DNA of 64,000 nt from an uncultured Candidatus Saccharibacteria bacterium (lineage in GTDB: Bacteria > Patescibacteriota > Saccharimonadia > Saccharimonadales > Saccharimonadaceae), in assembly GCA_963515375.1 (NCBI GenBank), contig CAUPWE010000004.1:1080-65079 (forward strand), written 5' to 3'. The notes beneath the pieces were generated by a model, which ran no database searches, was not told the origin of the DNA, and worked only from the letters and a program-made list of their open reading frames with translations. A program made the translations under genes and the position numbers. This document shows positions 19,611-28,780 of this stretch, in pieces. Positions within the stretch are counted from its first letter, which is position 1. The number at the start of each line of letters is the position of its first letter.

Positions 19611-19730
19611 CAAAAAGGACAGCCGTTAAATTTGGCTGTCTACACCTAGAACGCAAGTTTACGCTCAATAACGGCTGCCCATTATGCACGTAAACAATGC
19701 GCTCAAAACGCTTGGTTCTAGATGTAGACA
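19611..19730 (-). ncRNA. Structured 5' leader RNA / attenuator upstream of the DUF4352 gene
   Basis: 16-bp closing stem, nested hairpin, U-tailed terminator and 12-nt antiterminator complementarity; TACAAT -10 at 19736-19741. Confidence 0.7.
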
Positions 19731-19763
19731 CTCCTATTGTACTACAAATGATATAATTAGTTT

Positions 19764-20762
19764 ATGGCAATTCAAAGAATAGTCGATACCAGTCCGCACA
19801 GTGATGACGCCGAGGAGCAGCGGATTGAAGTCAGTCTGCGCCCGCAGAGTTTTAGCGAGTATGTCGGTCAGGAGCGATTGAAGCGTAATCTGCGGTTGGC
19901 GATTGAAGCGGCAAAGAAACGCGGCGAGCCGCTGGATCATGTGCTATTGTACGGCCCGCCAGGACTAGGCAAGACCACCATGGCGACAGTGATCGCCAAT
20001 GAGATGGGCACGAATTTACGGATTACCAGCGGCCCGGCCATTGAAAAGGCGGGTGATTTGGCGTCAATTTTGACGAATTTGGCGGACGGCGACATTTTGT
20101 TCATCGATGAAATTCATCGACTCGGCCGGGCAGTGGAAGAGATTTTATATTCGGCCATGGAAGATTTCAAGCTGGACATTGTCATCGGCAAGGGGCCGGC
20201 AGCTCGGTCGATTCGGCTGGATCTGCCGCGGTTTACGGTGATTGGTGCGACGACGCGGACGGGTAGTTTGGCGGCGCCACTGCGCGATCGATTCGGGCAT
20301 ATTTACCGCTTGGAGTTTTACGAGCCAGAGGATATCGCTAAAATTGTGACGCGGAGTGCGGCTATTTTAGAATCGTCAATTCGGCATGAAGCAGCAACCT
20401 TACTATCGACGCGGGCTCGCCTGACGCCGCGCATCGCCAACCGTCTGCTCAAGCGCGTGCGCGACTACGCCGACGTCAACGGTGATGGCATAATTGATGT
20501 GAAAACAACAACGAGCGCTTTGGAAATGCTAGAAGTGGATGAGCTGGGATTAGACCCAGCCGACCGTAATTTACTACAATCAATCCTGGAAAATTATGGC
20601 GACAATCCGGTGGGTCTAACCACCATTGCTGCGCTAACAGGCGACGAAGCGACAACGATTGAGGATTTTTATGAGCCGTATTTACTGCAAATCGGCTTCA
20701 TCGAGCGTACACCGCGCGGCCGCCGGGTAACGATTAAGGCGAAGCGGCATCTTCAGAAATAA
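19764..20762 (+). CDS. ruvB: Holliday junction branch migration helicase RuvB
   Basis: [29 protein letters not shown] and ERTPRGR. Confidence 0.99.
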   Translation: MAIQRIVDTSPHSDDAEEQRIEVSLRPQSFSEYVGQERLKRNLRLAIEAAKKRGEPLDHVLLYGPPGLGKTTMATVIANEMGTNLRITSGPAIEKAGDLASILTNLADGDILFIDEIHRLGRAVEEILYSAMEDFKLDIVIGKGPAARSIRLDLPRFTVIGATTRTGSLAAPLRDRFGHIYRLEFYEPEDIAKIVTRSAAILESSIRHEAATLLSTRARLTPRIANRLLKRVRDYADVNGDGIIDVKTTTSALEMLEVDELGLDPADRNLLQSILENYGDNPVGLTTIAALTGDEATTIEDFYEPYLLQIGFIERTPRGRRVTIKAKRHLQK

Positions 20763-20830
20763 GATTGTGTTTTGAGGTAGATGTCACTAAGACAATAAAA
20801 GTTTGCTATGGATCATGATATAATGTGGTC

Positions 20831-21661
20831 ATGAAGCCACAATTGTCAGAAGATCTAACGCAGCCAGTAGCCTACGATGCTGATGGGCGTCCGCTATATC
20901 ATCATCCACAGCAGACTGGTCAGCCAGCTCCGGTGGTGGCGCAGACTGAGTCTCATGTGACTTCGCGTCCAGAGATAATTGATGGCGAGAATTTTGACCC
21001 GCGTTTACGCAGTCAATACGCGAACGAGCCGCAGGTTGTGCATGTTGGTCGTGAACTTGAACGAAAACCGTTTACTATTAGCGATGAGTTAAAGCGTAAG
21101 CATGAAAGGTCAGTCCAGCAATATCCAAATCTCAACTTGAGTGAAGGGGAGTATGTTATTTTGGATATCAAGCGTCACCCTATTGGTATGCTGATTCCTG
21201 CGAGTATTGCAATTTTTTTGGTGTTGATAATTATGGTATTTGTGCTGATGTATCCGTCGCTAGCTCGTGATTTAATTATCTCACCTATGCCATCAGTAAC
21301 TGATGTGTTTGGCGTCGCGATGTTACTAATTGGTTTGGTAGTTTTGGGCGGCGCGGTAGCACTATGGATTTATTTACAAAATCAATTCTTTTTAACTAAT
21401 GAAAGTGTCATTCAGGAGATTCAAGAGAGCCTATTTTCTCGGCACGAACAAACCGTAAGTTTAGGTAGTATTGAGGATGCTAGTTTCCGTCAATCGGGTA
21501 TCATTCAGACAGTCTTCAATTATGGGACCATCCGCCTAAGTACCGAGGGCGAAGAAACTACATATATTTTTCATTTTGTAGCAAGGCCGCGCGAGCAGAT
21601 TGCGGTGATCAATAACGCTATTGAAGATTTCAAAAACGGACGCCCTGTCTGTGATGATTAG
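20831..21661 (+). CDS. Bacterial PH (bPH_2) domain membrane protein
   Basis: Two TM helices then LTNESVI...SLGSIEDASFRQSG..FNYGTIRLST; ATG 20831 lies 6 nt after TATAAT. Confidence 0.8.
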   Translation: MKPQLSEDLTQPVAYDADGRPLYHHPQQTGQPAPVVAQTESHVTSRPEIIDGENFDPRLRSQYANEPQVVHVGRELERKPFTISDELKRKHERSVQQYPNLNLSEGEYVILDIKRHPIGMLIPASIAIFLVLIIMVFVLMYPSLARDLIISPMPSVTDVFGVAMLLIGLVVLGGAVALWIYLQNQFFLTNESVIQEIQESLFSRHEQTVSLGSIEDASFRQSGIIQTVFNYGTIRLSTEGEETTYIFHFVARPREQIAVINNAIEDFKNGRPVCDD

Positions 21662-21662
21662 A

Positions 21663-22055
21663 TTATTTGTGACGACTATTTTTAATGTAATCGTCTTCGC
21701 CAACTAGTGTTGCTACGAGCTTGTACGACTTGCATTTTCCATCTTTGCAATTTGTTGATTCGTAACGATAGCTGCTGTCTTTTTCGCCAACTTTCTTACC
21801 GTTTGGATCTTTCAACAGTTCGGCATCCATGGTTTTTAGTGTTGTGTCTTCCAACTTCTCTGGATAATAGCCGTTCTTAACGTAGAAACTTTCCTCTAAG
21901 CTATAATAAATGGCATTAATTGCGGTGCGTTTTTTAGTATTGTTTGATTCATTGATTAATTTGGTGTACTGCGAAAAGCCTAAAATTGCGATGGCGATCA
22001 AAAAAGCTATGACGACCAATAATTCAATAACAGTAAAACCATTTCGCTTATTCAT
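21663..22055 (-). CDS. Type IV pilin / pseudopilin (GspG-like)
   Basis: Prepilin site NG|FTVIELLVVI; YYP..L, KDP and a C-terminal Cys pair. Confidence 0.9.
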   Translation of the reverse strand: MNKRNGFTVIELLVVIAFLIAIAILGFSQYTKLINESNNTKKRTAINAIYYSLEESFYVKNGYYPEKLEDTTLKTMDAELLKDPNGKKVGEKDSSYRYESTNCKDGKCKSYKLVATLVGEDDYIKNSRHK

Positions 22056-22122
22056 AGACTAATTATAGCAAATATAGCAACAAATCGGTATAATAAAAGT
22101 AACAACTAAGGAGGGGAGCGTT

Positions 22123-23169
22123 ATGGCGAAAGCAGACGGTAAAAAATCAGATAAGACAGTGGCGGCTGAGAAAAAAGTTGATGATGGGAAGTTGAAAGCG
22201 CTGGGTCTGGCTATGGATCAAATTACCAAGCAGTTTGGTGATGGCTCAATCATGAAGCTCGGCGAGGCGCACAAAGTCGATGTTGAAGTGATTCCGTCGG
22301 GTTCACTAAGCCTCGATTTGGCACTAGGCGGCGGTTATCCAAAGGGGCGCATCATTGAGATTTACGGCCCGGAGTCTAGCGGTAAAACGACCCTGACGCT
22401 GCACGCCATTGCCGAAATTCAAAAGCAGGGCGGTACGGCAGCGTTCATCGACGCTGAGCACGCGCTTGACCCGGCCTACGCCAAGCGGTTGGGTGTGGAT
22501 ACCGAAAACCTATTGGTATCGCAGCCAGACAACGGCGAGCAGGCGCTGGAAATTACTGAAACCTTGGTGCGTTCAAACGCGGTGGACCTCATCGTAGTGG
22601 ACTCGGTGGCAGCACTGACCCCGCAAGCAGAGATTGACGGCGACATGGGTGATTCGCACATGGGTCTGCAAGCACGGCTGATGAGCCAGGCGCTGCGTAA
22701 ATTGACCGGCATCATCAATAAATCGAAAGCCACGGTGATTTTCATCAACCAGATTCGCATGAAGATTGGCGTGATGTTTGGCAATCCTGAGACCACGACG
22801 GGTGGTAACGCACTGAAGTTTTATGCCTCGCAGCGGGTGGATATTCGCCGGATCGGGCAGATCAAGGTTGGTGATGATATCCTCGGTAACCGTACCAAGA
22901 TCAAGGTGGTGAAGAATAAGATTGCGCCGCCGTTCCGCATCGCTGAGTTTGACATTATGTATAATGAAGGCATTTCTAAAACTGGCGATATTCTTGACCT
23001 GGCAGCTACGCACGGTATCGTCGAAAAATCTGGTGCCTTTTACAAATATAATGGCGAGACCATTGGTCAAGGCCGCGATAAAACCAAATTGTATCTGAAA
23101 GAAAACCCTGAGGTTCTGGCAGAAATTGATCAGAAGGTTCGCGACAAGGTCAAAGAAGCAGACAGCTGA
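22123..23169 (+). CDS. recA: Recombinase RecA
   Basis: [15 protein letters not shown] and [17 protein letters not shown]. Confidence 0.99.
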   Translation: MAKADGKKSDKTVAAEKKVDDGKLKALGLAMDQITKQFGDGSIMKLGEAHKVDVEVIPSGSLSLDLALGGGYPKGRIIEIYGPESSGKTTLTLHAIAEIQKQGGTAAFIDAEHALDPAYAKRLGVDTENLLVSQPDNGEQALEITETLVRSNAVDLIVVDSVAALTPQAEIDGDMGDSHMGLQARLMSQALRKLTGIINKSKATVIFINQIRMKIGVMFGNPETTTGGNALKFYASQRVDIRRIGQIKVGDDILGNRTKIKVVKNKIAPPFRIAEFDIMYNEGISKTGDILDLAATHGIVEKSGAFYKYNGETIGQGRDKTKLYLKENPEVLAEIDQKVRDKVKEADS

Positions 23170-23693
23170 TGCGCGCAGCAGAAACCGCATATCCAGTCGA
23201 AAAACATATGGCGTCAGTTAGCCTCGTCTTTGATGATGAGCAGAATGCATATCTTCGAGAATTGTCAGAAGCAATGAACCTTGACTTTGGCGAGTTTATC
23301 CCACACGTGACATTGATTAACGTGACTGAGCAGGATATGCCACGCCTCAAAGCAGCCGCTGCGGCACTGCCGGCCCTCGATAAGTTGGTGCTTGATGGAG
23401 TTAATTTCCTGCCAGATAAAGCGGGCAACTGTGTTTGGGTGGAGCTGCGCACGCAGAAAACTGCCTGGATGGTTGAGGCGCGCCAGCAATTACTCGCGGC
23501 ACTGGATGGTATTCATCCGGGGCTGGATGTCGATGGCTTCCGCCCGCACATCACGCTTGGTTGCGTCGAGGCCGGTACGCTTGACGACGTTAATACGAGC
23601 GCTATTCCAGGGCAACTACCGGTCATCACCGAGCCGCGTGCTGCTGCTTGCTACAACGGCGTGCATGGCAAGGTTGTCGAGGTAGTCGAGTAG
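23169..23693 (+). CDS. 2H phosphoesterase (LigT/ThpR-like)
   Basis: Two HxT motifs (PHVTL, PHITL); TGATG coupling to recA. Confidence 0.85.
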   Translation: MRAAETAYPVEKHMASVSLVFDDEQNAYLRELSEAMNLDFGEFIPHVTLINVTEQDMPRLKAAAAALPALDKLVLDGVNFLPDKAGNCVWVELRTQKTAWMVEARQQLLAALDGIHPGLDVDGFRPHITLGCVEAGTLDDVNTSAIPGQLPVITEPRAAACYNGVHGKVVEVVE

Positions 23694-23737
23694 TCGCTAT
23701 AGTAGCCGGCCGGTTATCTTCGCGTTATAATAGTTTT

Positions 23738-24394
23738 ATGAAAATCACCGACATCTCTCTCCAAGCTCGCGATAAAAACCGCGTTAATGTTAGTGTTGAT
23801 GGCAAGTACCGCTTTAGCCTCGATGTCTTTCAGGTGGGCGAGCTGGGGATTAAGGTTGGGCGCGAATATAGCGACGAAGAACTGACAGCACTAGAGGACG
23901 AGAGCCAGTTTGGTAAGTTGTACGCCCGGGCCATGGAGTATTGCTTGACGCGGCCGCGCTCGGTTAAAGAACTGCGCGATTATCTGTGGCGTAAAACCAG
24001 GCCGACTAAAAAACGTTCGCCAAAGACTGGTGAAATTACCGAGCGTCCAGGCGTGAAGCCGGAAATTACCGAGCGGGTGCTCGCGCGGCTGATCGAGAAA
24101 AAGTACCTCGATGATGAGAAGTTTGCCCGCTTTTGGTTGGAGCATCGTTTTTTACAGAAAGGCACCAGTGTCAGGCGGCTAAAATTGGAACTAGCGCAAA
24201 AGGGGATTGAGCGCGAGACGATAGAGCAACTAATCAGCGAAAATATCCGCTCCGATGACGAGGAGCTGCGAAAAATTATCGCTAAAAAACGCTACAAGTA
24301 TGCTGGAGACCAGCAAAAATTTATGGCCTATCTGGCGAGGCAAGGGTTTTCATACGATGATATTAAGACGGCACTTGAAGAAACTGGAGTCTAA
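23738..24394 (+). CDS. recX: Regulatory protein RecX
   Basis: RPRSVKELRDYL, YLDDEKFA, ELAQKGI and YLARQGF; start set at ATG 23738. Confidence 0.9.
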   Translation: MKITDISLQARDKNRVNVSVDGKYRFSLDVFQVGELGIKVGREYSDEELTALEDESQFGKLYARAMEYCLTRPRSVKELRDYLWRKTRPTKKRSPKTGEITERPGVKPEITERVLARLIEKKYLDDEKFARFWLEHRFLQKGTSVRRLKLELAQKGIERETIEQLISENIRSDDEELRKIIAKKRYKYAGDQQKFMAYLARQGFSYDDIKTALEETGV

Positions 24395-24981
24395 TCAATT
24401 TTTACGGATTCGGGTTGTGTACGTGGTTGCTTGCGGAACGGATTATCGTAGGAATTTATGCGCGGAGTTGGCATTTTCTTCTCGGTTGCGTGGGAAACTG
24501 TTGCTGATTTTACAATAATTTTTTCATCAGTTATTTTAACAATTTGTGAGCGATGAATTAGCAGCTCTGTGTCCCCGAAGCTTTTTAAAAGTGGTCGGCG
24601 GATGCGTAATTGTTGAATAACAAAACTACCTGCAGCCAACGTGTAACCAATGACCCGACCAATTTTATGTTTCTTTTCATCAATAACCAACTTATTCTTC
24701 AAAGTGAAACCGATATCATAGATCTCTTTAAGGCTAATCACGTCATCTACACCAACGATTTCATCAGTTGAGTCAATGATCATACCCAATGGGCCTATTT
24801 CGCGAATATCATCAACGCGTAGTAAACTAGGATGCTGGTCTAAAAGTCGCCCCTCTAGTTCGTAGGCAGCTACGGATAGATTCTTTGGGTTGATAACTTC
24901 GCGTGAGGTTCGCGCCAATTCCGAGCCGGTCTGAAGACTCATGACGGGCGTGTTGAGAAATCTGTCATCAGATATAAGCAT
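24391..24981 (-). CDS. Tandem PRC-barrel domain protein
   Basis: PVMSLQTGSEL..VINPKNL and VIDEKKHKIGRV..LLIHRSQI. Confidence 0.75.
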   Translation of the reverse strand: MLISDDRFLNTPVMSLQTGSELARTSREVINPKNLSVAAYELEGRLLDQHPSLLRVDDIREIGPLGMIIDSTDEIVGVDDVISLKEIYDIGFTLKNKLVIDEKKHKIGRVIGYTLAAGSFVIQQLRIRRPLLKSFGDTELLIHRSQIVKITDEKIIVKSATVSHATEKKMPTPRINSYDNPFRKQPRTQPESVKID

Positions 24982-25005
24982 ATTATTAGTATATACGGTT
25001 ATGGT

Positions 25006-25290
25006 TTATTCAGCAAACGGATTCGACCGCCCAGCAGGCAGGGCAAATGAGTCTTTGGCGGAAGTTGATGAGTGGAAATTCTCAATTGACTTCATGGTTT
25101 TTTTATCAAAACTTGTAGATGAATTTTGTGGTGTTTCTGTAGAGATTGCTAAAAGTCCGCTAAGTAGGAATATTGCGATTGCTACGCCACCGATTACCAC
25201 TACGCTATAAAGTATAACGTGAAATCGCCACAAGAACTTAGATAGCGGTTTTACGATTGGTTCGAGCTGTTCTGAGATTGATGGTTTCAT
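25006..25290 (-). CDS. Small TM protein at the end of the pil operon (PilP-position hypothetical)
   Basis: One TM helix, C-terminal GRSNPF; overlaps the upstream pilO-like stop. Confidence 0.75.
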   Translation of the reverse strand: MKPSISEQLEPIVKPLSKFLWRFHVILYSVVVIGGVAIAIFLLSGLLAISTETPQNSSTSFDKKTMKSIENFHSSTSAKDSFALPAGRSNPFAE

Positions 25291-25883
25291 CGTGTGTACA
25301 CCTTTACTTCAAGAGCTTGGACTAATAATTCATGATTGTTGGCTCCTCTGGAGATTGAAATTCCAGAGAGCTGCATCCGGGTAACGTTCTTTTCAATCAG
25401 GTCAAGGAAGTGTAGGAATCGGACGTAATCAATATTTTCGCCCAATTGGATTGATACGAAGGTACTTTTCACACCAGCTGGAGTTGCGCCGGTTGGTTTT
25501 TTACTAGTGGAGGTCGTTGACTTGGCGGCGGTTGATTCGGTTTGGAAGGTGAATGAGCGAATTGGTATGCCTGCGCGATCAGCATAGGTTGATAAGTCTT
25601 GAACAATTTGATTCTGATATTGGTACATCTTTGATTCAGAGACAATATTTTTAGCCTTTTTTGCAATCTCAGAATTTTTATCCAGTTGGGACTTTAGAGC
25701 AAGTAAATTCTGGATTTTTGATTCAATGGCTATTGCCTCAGTCTGTAGTTTGCCAACGTCGTCTGAGGTTTTACTGAGAAATGAGTAGGCAACAATTACT
25801 GAGCCAACCATTGCTGCCAGAATAACTAGAAGCAGTAGCGCCATGATGATACGCGCAACGCTGGCATTTAGTGTTTTTTTCAT
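25287..25883 (-). CDS. PilO-like type IV pilus alignment protein
   Basis: TM helix, coiled coil and YVRFLHFLDLIEKNVTRM; follows pilN. Confidence 0.75.
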   Translation of the reverse strand: MKKTLNASVARIIMALLLLVILAAMVGSVIVAYSFLSKTSDDVGKLQTEAIAIESKIQNLLALKSQLDKNSEIAKKAKNIVSESKMYQYQNQIVQDLSTYADRAGIPIRSFTFQTESTAAKSTTSTSKKPTGATPAGVKSTFVSIQLGENIDYVRFLHFLDLIEKNVTRMQLSGISISRGANNHELLVQALEVKVYTR

Positions 25884-26452
25884 CTCTTTAAGACCTCCGG
25901 TTTTGGTGTGACGCTGATAGTAATGGTAATTGGGTAATCATTAGATTTTTTATCCGATTTGCCATCACTATACACGATACTTTCTAGGTGGACATCTTTA
26001 AATATTTCCGACTCTTCTAGGCTTGTCTTTAACCGAATGGCGTCGTCCTTGTTTTTTCCGAGTGCCACCAGGGATAGTGGCTTGTCTAGGGCTGATGTGT
26101 CTAAGGTTAGTGACTCTAACACCATCCCATACGGTACGCGCTGGGCGATTTTAGGGATAATTGATGAGTAGTGGGCCTCACCGCTGATTATAGATTTAGC
26201 AGCATTTAAATCCTTGGTGAAATCGTTAACATCTTTTTGTACTGACCGGTATTGAGCAAGTTTTTCATTTCCTTCATTAATTTTGTTTTGAGCGGCCGAC
26301 CGGCTACTCTCTAAGAATAGATAAAAACCGCCAATTGTTAAAAATAACAGTCCAGCGAACATTAACGATACCACGCAGTATCGCCTGAGGATTACGTTGA
26401 CGCGTCCAGCGCTAATCTGCTTTTTTTCTTGAGGAGGCAGAAGGTTAATCAT
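25880..26452 (-). CDS. pilN: Type IV pilus assembly protein PilN
   Basis: N-terminal INLLP motif, TM helix and coiled coil. Confidence 0.88.
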   Translation of the reverse strand: MINLLPPQEKKQISAGRVNVILRRYCVVSLMFAGLLFLTIGGFYLFLESSRSAAQNKINEGNEKLAQYRSVQKDVNDFTKDLNAAKSIISGEAHYSSIIPKIAQRVPYGMVLESLTLDTSALDKPLSLVALGKNKDDAIRLKTSLEESEIFKDVHLESIVYSDGKSDKKSNDYPITITISVTPKPEVLKR

Positions 26453-27497
26453 AGATATCCTCCTGTTTGATGAGTGCTAATCCCGCAACGGGTGACAATT
26501 GAGAGCGCAGTTGCTTAGGTGGTTGTTCAAGATTGCCAAAGTTCAGGATCTGCCATGGACTTGCTACACGCGCTGGCATCAATAATTCGTTAGTGAAAAA
26601 TTCTCCAATTCCCGGTAAGTTTCCTCCGCCACCAACGATTAGAACCTGCTCAATTTTTCTATCATTTGGAAAACGATCAGTATAATATCGCATAACACGC
26701 TTAACTTCATTGGTCATTTTTTGTAGGCTTGGCTGCAGGGCACCAGCAATTCGTGCTTGCCTCGGTCCAGGATTAAGTCCATTTAGCACCTTAAACTGAT
26801 GGGCGGTTTCGATTGGCACGTTCATCTTTTTCGCTAGACTTAAGGTTAAGGTGTAACCACCGACGTTCAAGCCCCCTGTCACGCGAATATCAGAATCCAG
26901 GATTGCAATATCTGTCGCTGATGTCCCGATGTCAACAATAATTGTCGGTAGCATTCCTTCTTCTGTTCGTTTCAATAGCCTAGCAATTGCGCTGATATTT
27001 GGTTCGATTATTGCTACTTCCAGTCCACACTGTTGGGCAGCACTCAGCATATTGTCAATCATTTTTTTCGGAGCAGCACACATTAGCACGGTTAATTCAT
27101 CTTTTGTGCGATTGATAATCCGATAATCCATATAGAGTGAATCTAGCGGAGCTGGGATGTATTGTTCGGCTTCCAGATTCACCGCGCTGCGCACGTTACT
27201 TTCCTCTTTTATCGGCAGTGTGAATGTGCGGGAAAAAGTTCGGTTGGTTGGGATACCAAGTGATACGCGATTACTATCAATCTGTCCAATGATATTTTTC
27301 TGCAATAAGTCTTTTATGTTACGAGCCAAATACTCGGTGTTGTCGCCAGAATCGCTGTCGTTTTTTTGAGAATCGAGGTTAACTGAACCGTAGCCATGAA
27401 CCAGCATTCGATTTTTATCAATCGACATAATTTTAATGCTAGTTCGGCTAATTTCTAGTCCGACAATTGGTTTCTTTCTATAAAATATACTTGACAC
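26445..27497 (-). CDS. pilM: Type IV pilus assembly protein PilM
   Basis: VGLEISRTSIK, EAEQYIP, IVDIG and LIVGGG (actin/FtsA fold). Confidence 0.92.
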   Translation of the reverse strand: MSSIFYRKKPIVGLEISRTSIKIMSIDKNRMLVHGYGSVNLDSQKNDSDSGDNTEYLARNIKDLLQKNIIGQIDSNRVSLGIPTNRTFSRTFTLPIKEESNVRSAVNLEAEQYIPAPLDSLYMDYRIINRTKDELTVLMCAAPKKMIDNMLSAAQQCGLEVAIIEPNISAIARLLKRTEEGMLPTIIVDIGTSATDIAILDSDIRVTGGLNVGGYTLTLSLAKKMNVPIETAHQFKVLNGLNPGPRQARIAGALQPSLQKMTNEVKRVMRYYTDRFPNDRKIEQVLIVGGGGNLPGIGEFFTNELLMPARVASPWQILNFGNLEQPPKQLRSQLSPVAGLALIKQEDIYD

Positions 27498-27549
27498 TTT
27501 TATTTTCCCACCTATATACGAGTATTATAACATAAGCTTTTTTGAAAAA

Positions 27550-28776
27550 CTACCCCTTAACTTGACCCGCCATACTGGTAATTGGGCCCATCACACTGAC
27601 TGCCACCAGAGCAATCACGCCACCCATTGCTACGATCATCACTGGTTCAATAATAGAACTGACGCCATCAATTGCGGTATCAACTTCTTCTTCATAAAAA
27701 TCAGCGACCTTAATAAGCACTTTGTCAGTTTGACCAGTTTCTTCACCGACTGATAACATCTGGGCAACAATTGGCGGATATAGATCGTCACGCTCGGCGA
27801 TAATTCTTGATAAAACCTCGCCGTTCTGAACGCGTTTAGTGGCGTCTCTCAGGGAGTCTTCGTAAACAACATTACCGACTGCACGGGAGGTTACGTCTAG
27901 AGCCTCGAGCACTGCTACACCTGCACCGATGAGGGCAGAGAAAGTTCGTGTAAAGCGAGCAATTGCCACTTTTCTTACAATCGCTCCAACGGCAGGTACT
28001 TTAATAATGACATGGTGGAATTTAATACGCCCCTTTGGGGTTTTAATATAGCGAATTAGCGCCCAGATGCCACCGATGAATGCTGGCACAATTAAATACC
28101 AAAACGACACCATAAAGTCACTAATGCCGAGCATAATTTCGGTTAGTAGCGGTAATTTAGCGTCCGGTCCACCCATATCTTTGATGGTTTTACCAATGAC
28201 TGGAATAATGAAAGTCATGAGGATGAAGAAGGCGATAATGGTAATTACCAGTAGCACAATCGGATAAGTCATGGCTCCTTTAATTTTCTTTTTCATGGAT
28301 GAGTTTTTTTCTTGCTGTAGAGCCAGTCTCTTTAGAATATCGTCTAAAATACCACCAGTTTCACCAGCGGCGACCATATTGACGTAGATGTCGTTGAAGG
28401 TTTCAGGATGTTTTCCTAGGGCGTCGGCAAATGACATGCCGCCTTCAATATCTCTTATGACGGAATTAATCGTCTCTCGGAAACCAGCACTTTCAGCGTG
28501 TTTGGACATTGAGTTCAGTGAGCGGAGAATAGGTACGCCGGCTGAGACCATGGCACTTAATTGGCGAGTAAACATCACCAACTCATCAGTTTTAGCGCCT
28601 TTCTTTTTCTTGCTGAATGAAAAGCTAAGTTCTTTTTTGGCATTTTTTTCTTCAATTTTTATCAATTGTCCGTGCGATTTTAAGCTATTGACGGCAGACA
28701 ATTTATCGGTCGCCTCAATTGTCGAAGCGACAGTCTCTTTCTTTTTATTGACAAGTAGATACTCAAAAACTGGCAT
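27550..28776 (-). CDS. pilC: Type IV pilus platform protein PilC (GspF family)
   Basis: FTRQLSAMVSAGVP, AGETGG, AMTYP, VGEETG and IEP. Confidence 0.95.
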   Translation of the reverse strand: MPVFEYLLVNKKKETVASTIEATDKLSAVNSLKSHGQLIKIEEKNAKKELSFSFSKKKKGAKTDELVMFTRQLSAMVSAGVPILRSLNSMSKHAESAGFRETINSVIRDIEGGMSFADALGKHPETFNDIYVNMVAAGETGGILDDILKRLALQQEKNSSMKKKIKGAMTYPIVLLVITIIAFFILMTFIIPVIGKTIKDMGGPDAKLPLLTEIMLGISDFMVSFWYLIVPAFIGGIWALIRYIKTPKGRIKFHHVIIKVPAVGAIVRKVAIARFTRTFSALIGAGVAVLEALDVTSRAVGNVVYEDSLRDATKRVQNGEVLSRIIAERDDLYPPIVAQMLSVGEETGQTDKVLIKVADFYEEEVDTAIDGVSSIIEPVMIVAMGGVIALVAVSVMGPITSMAGQVKG

Positions 28777-28780
28777 TTTA

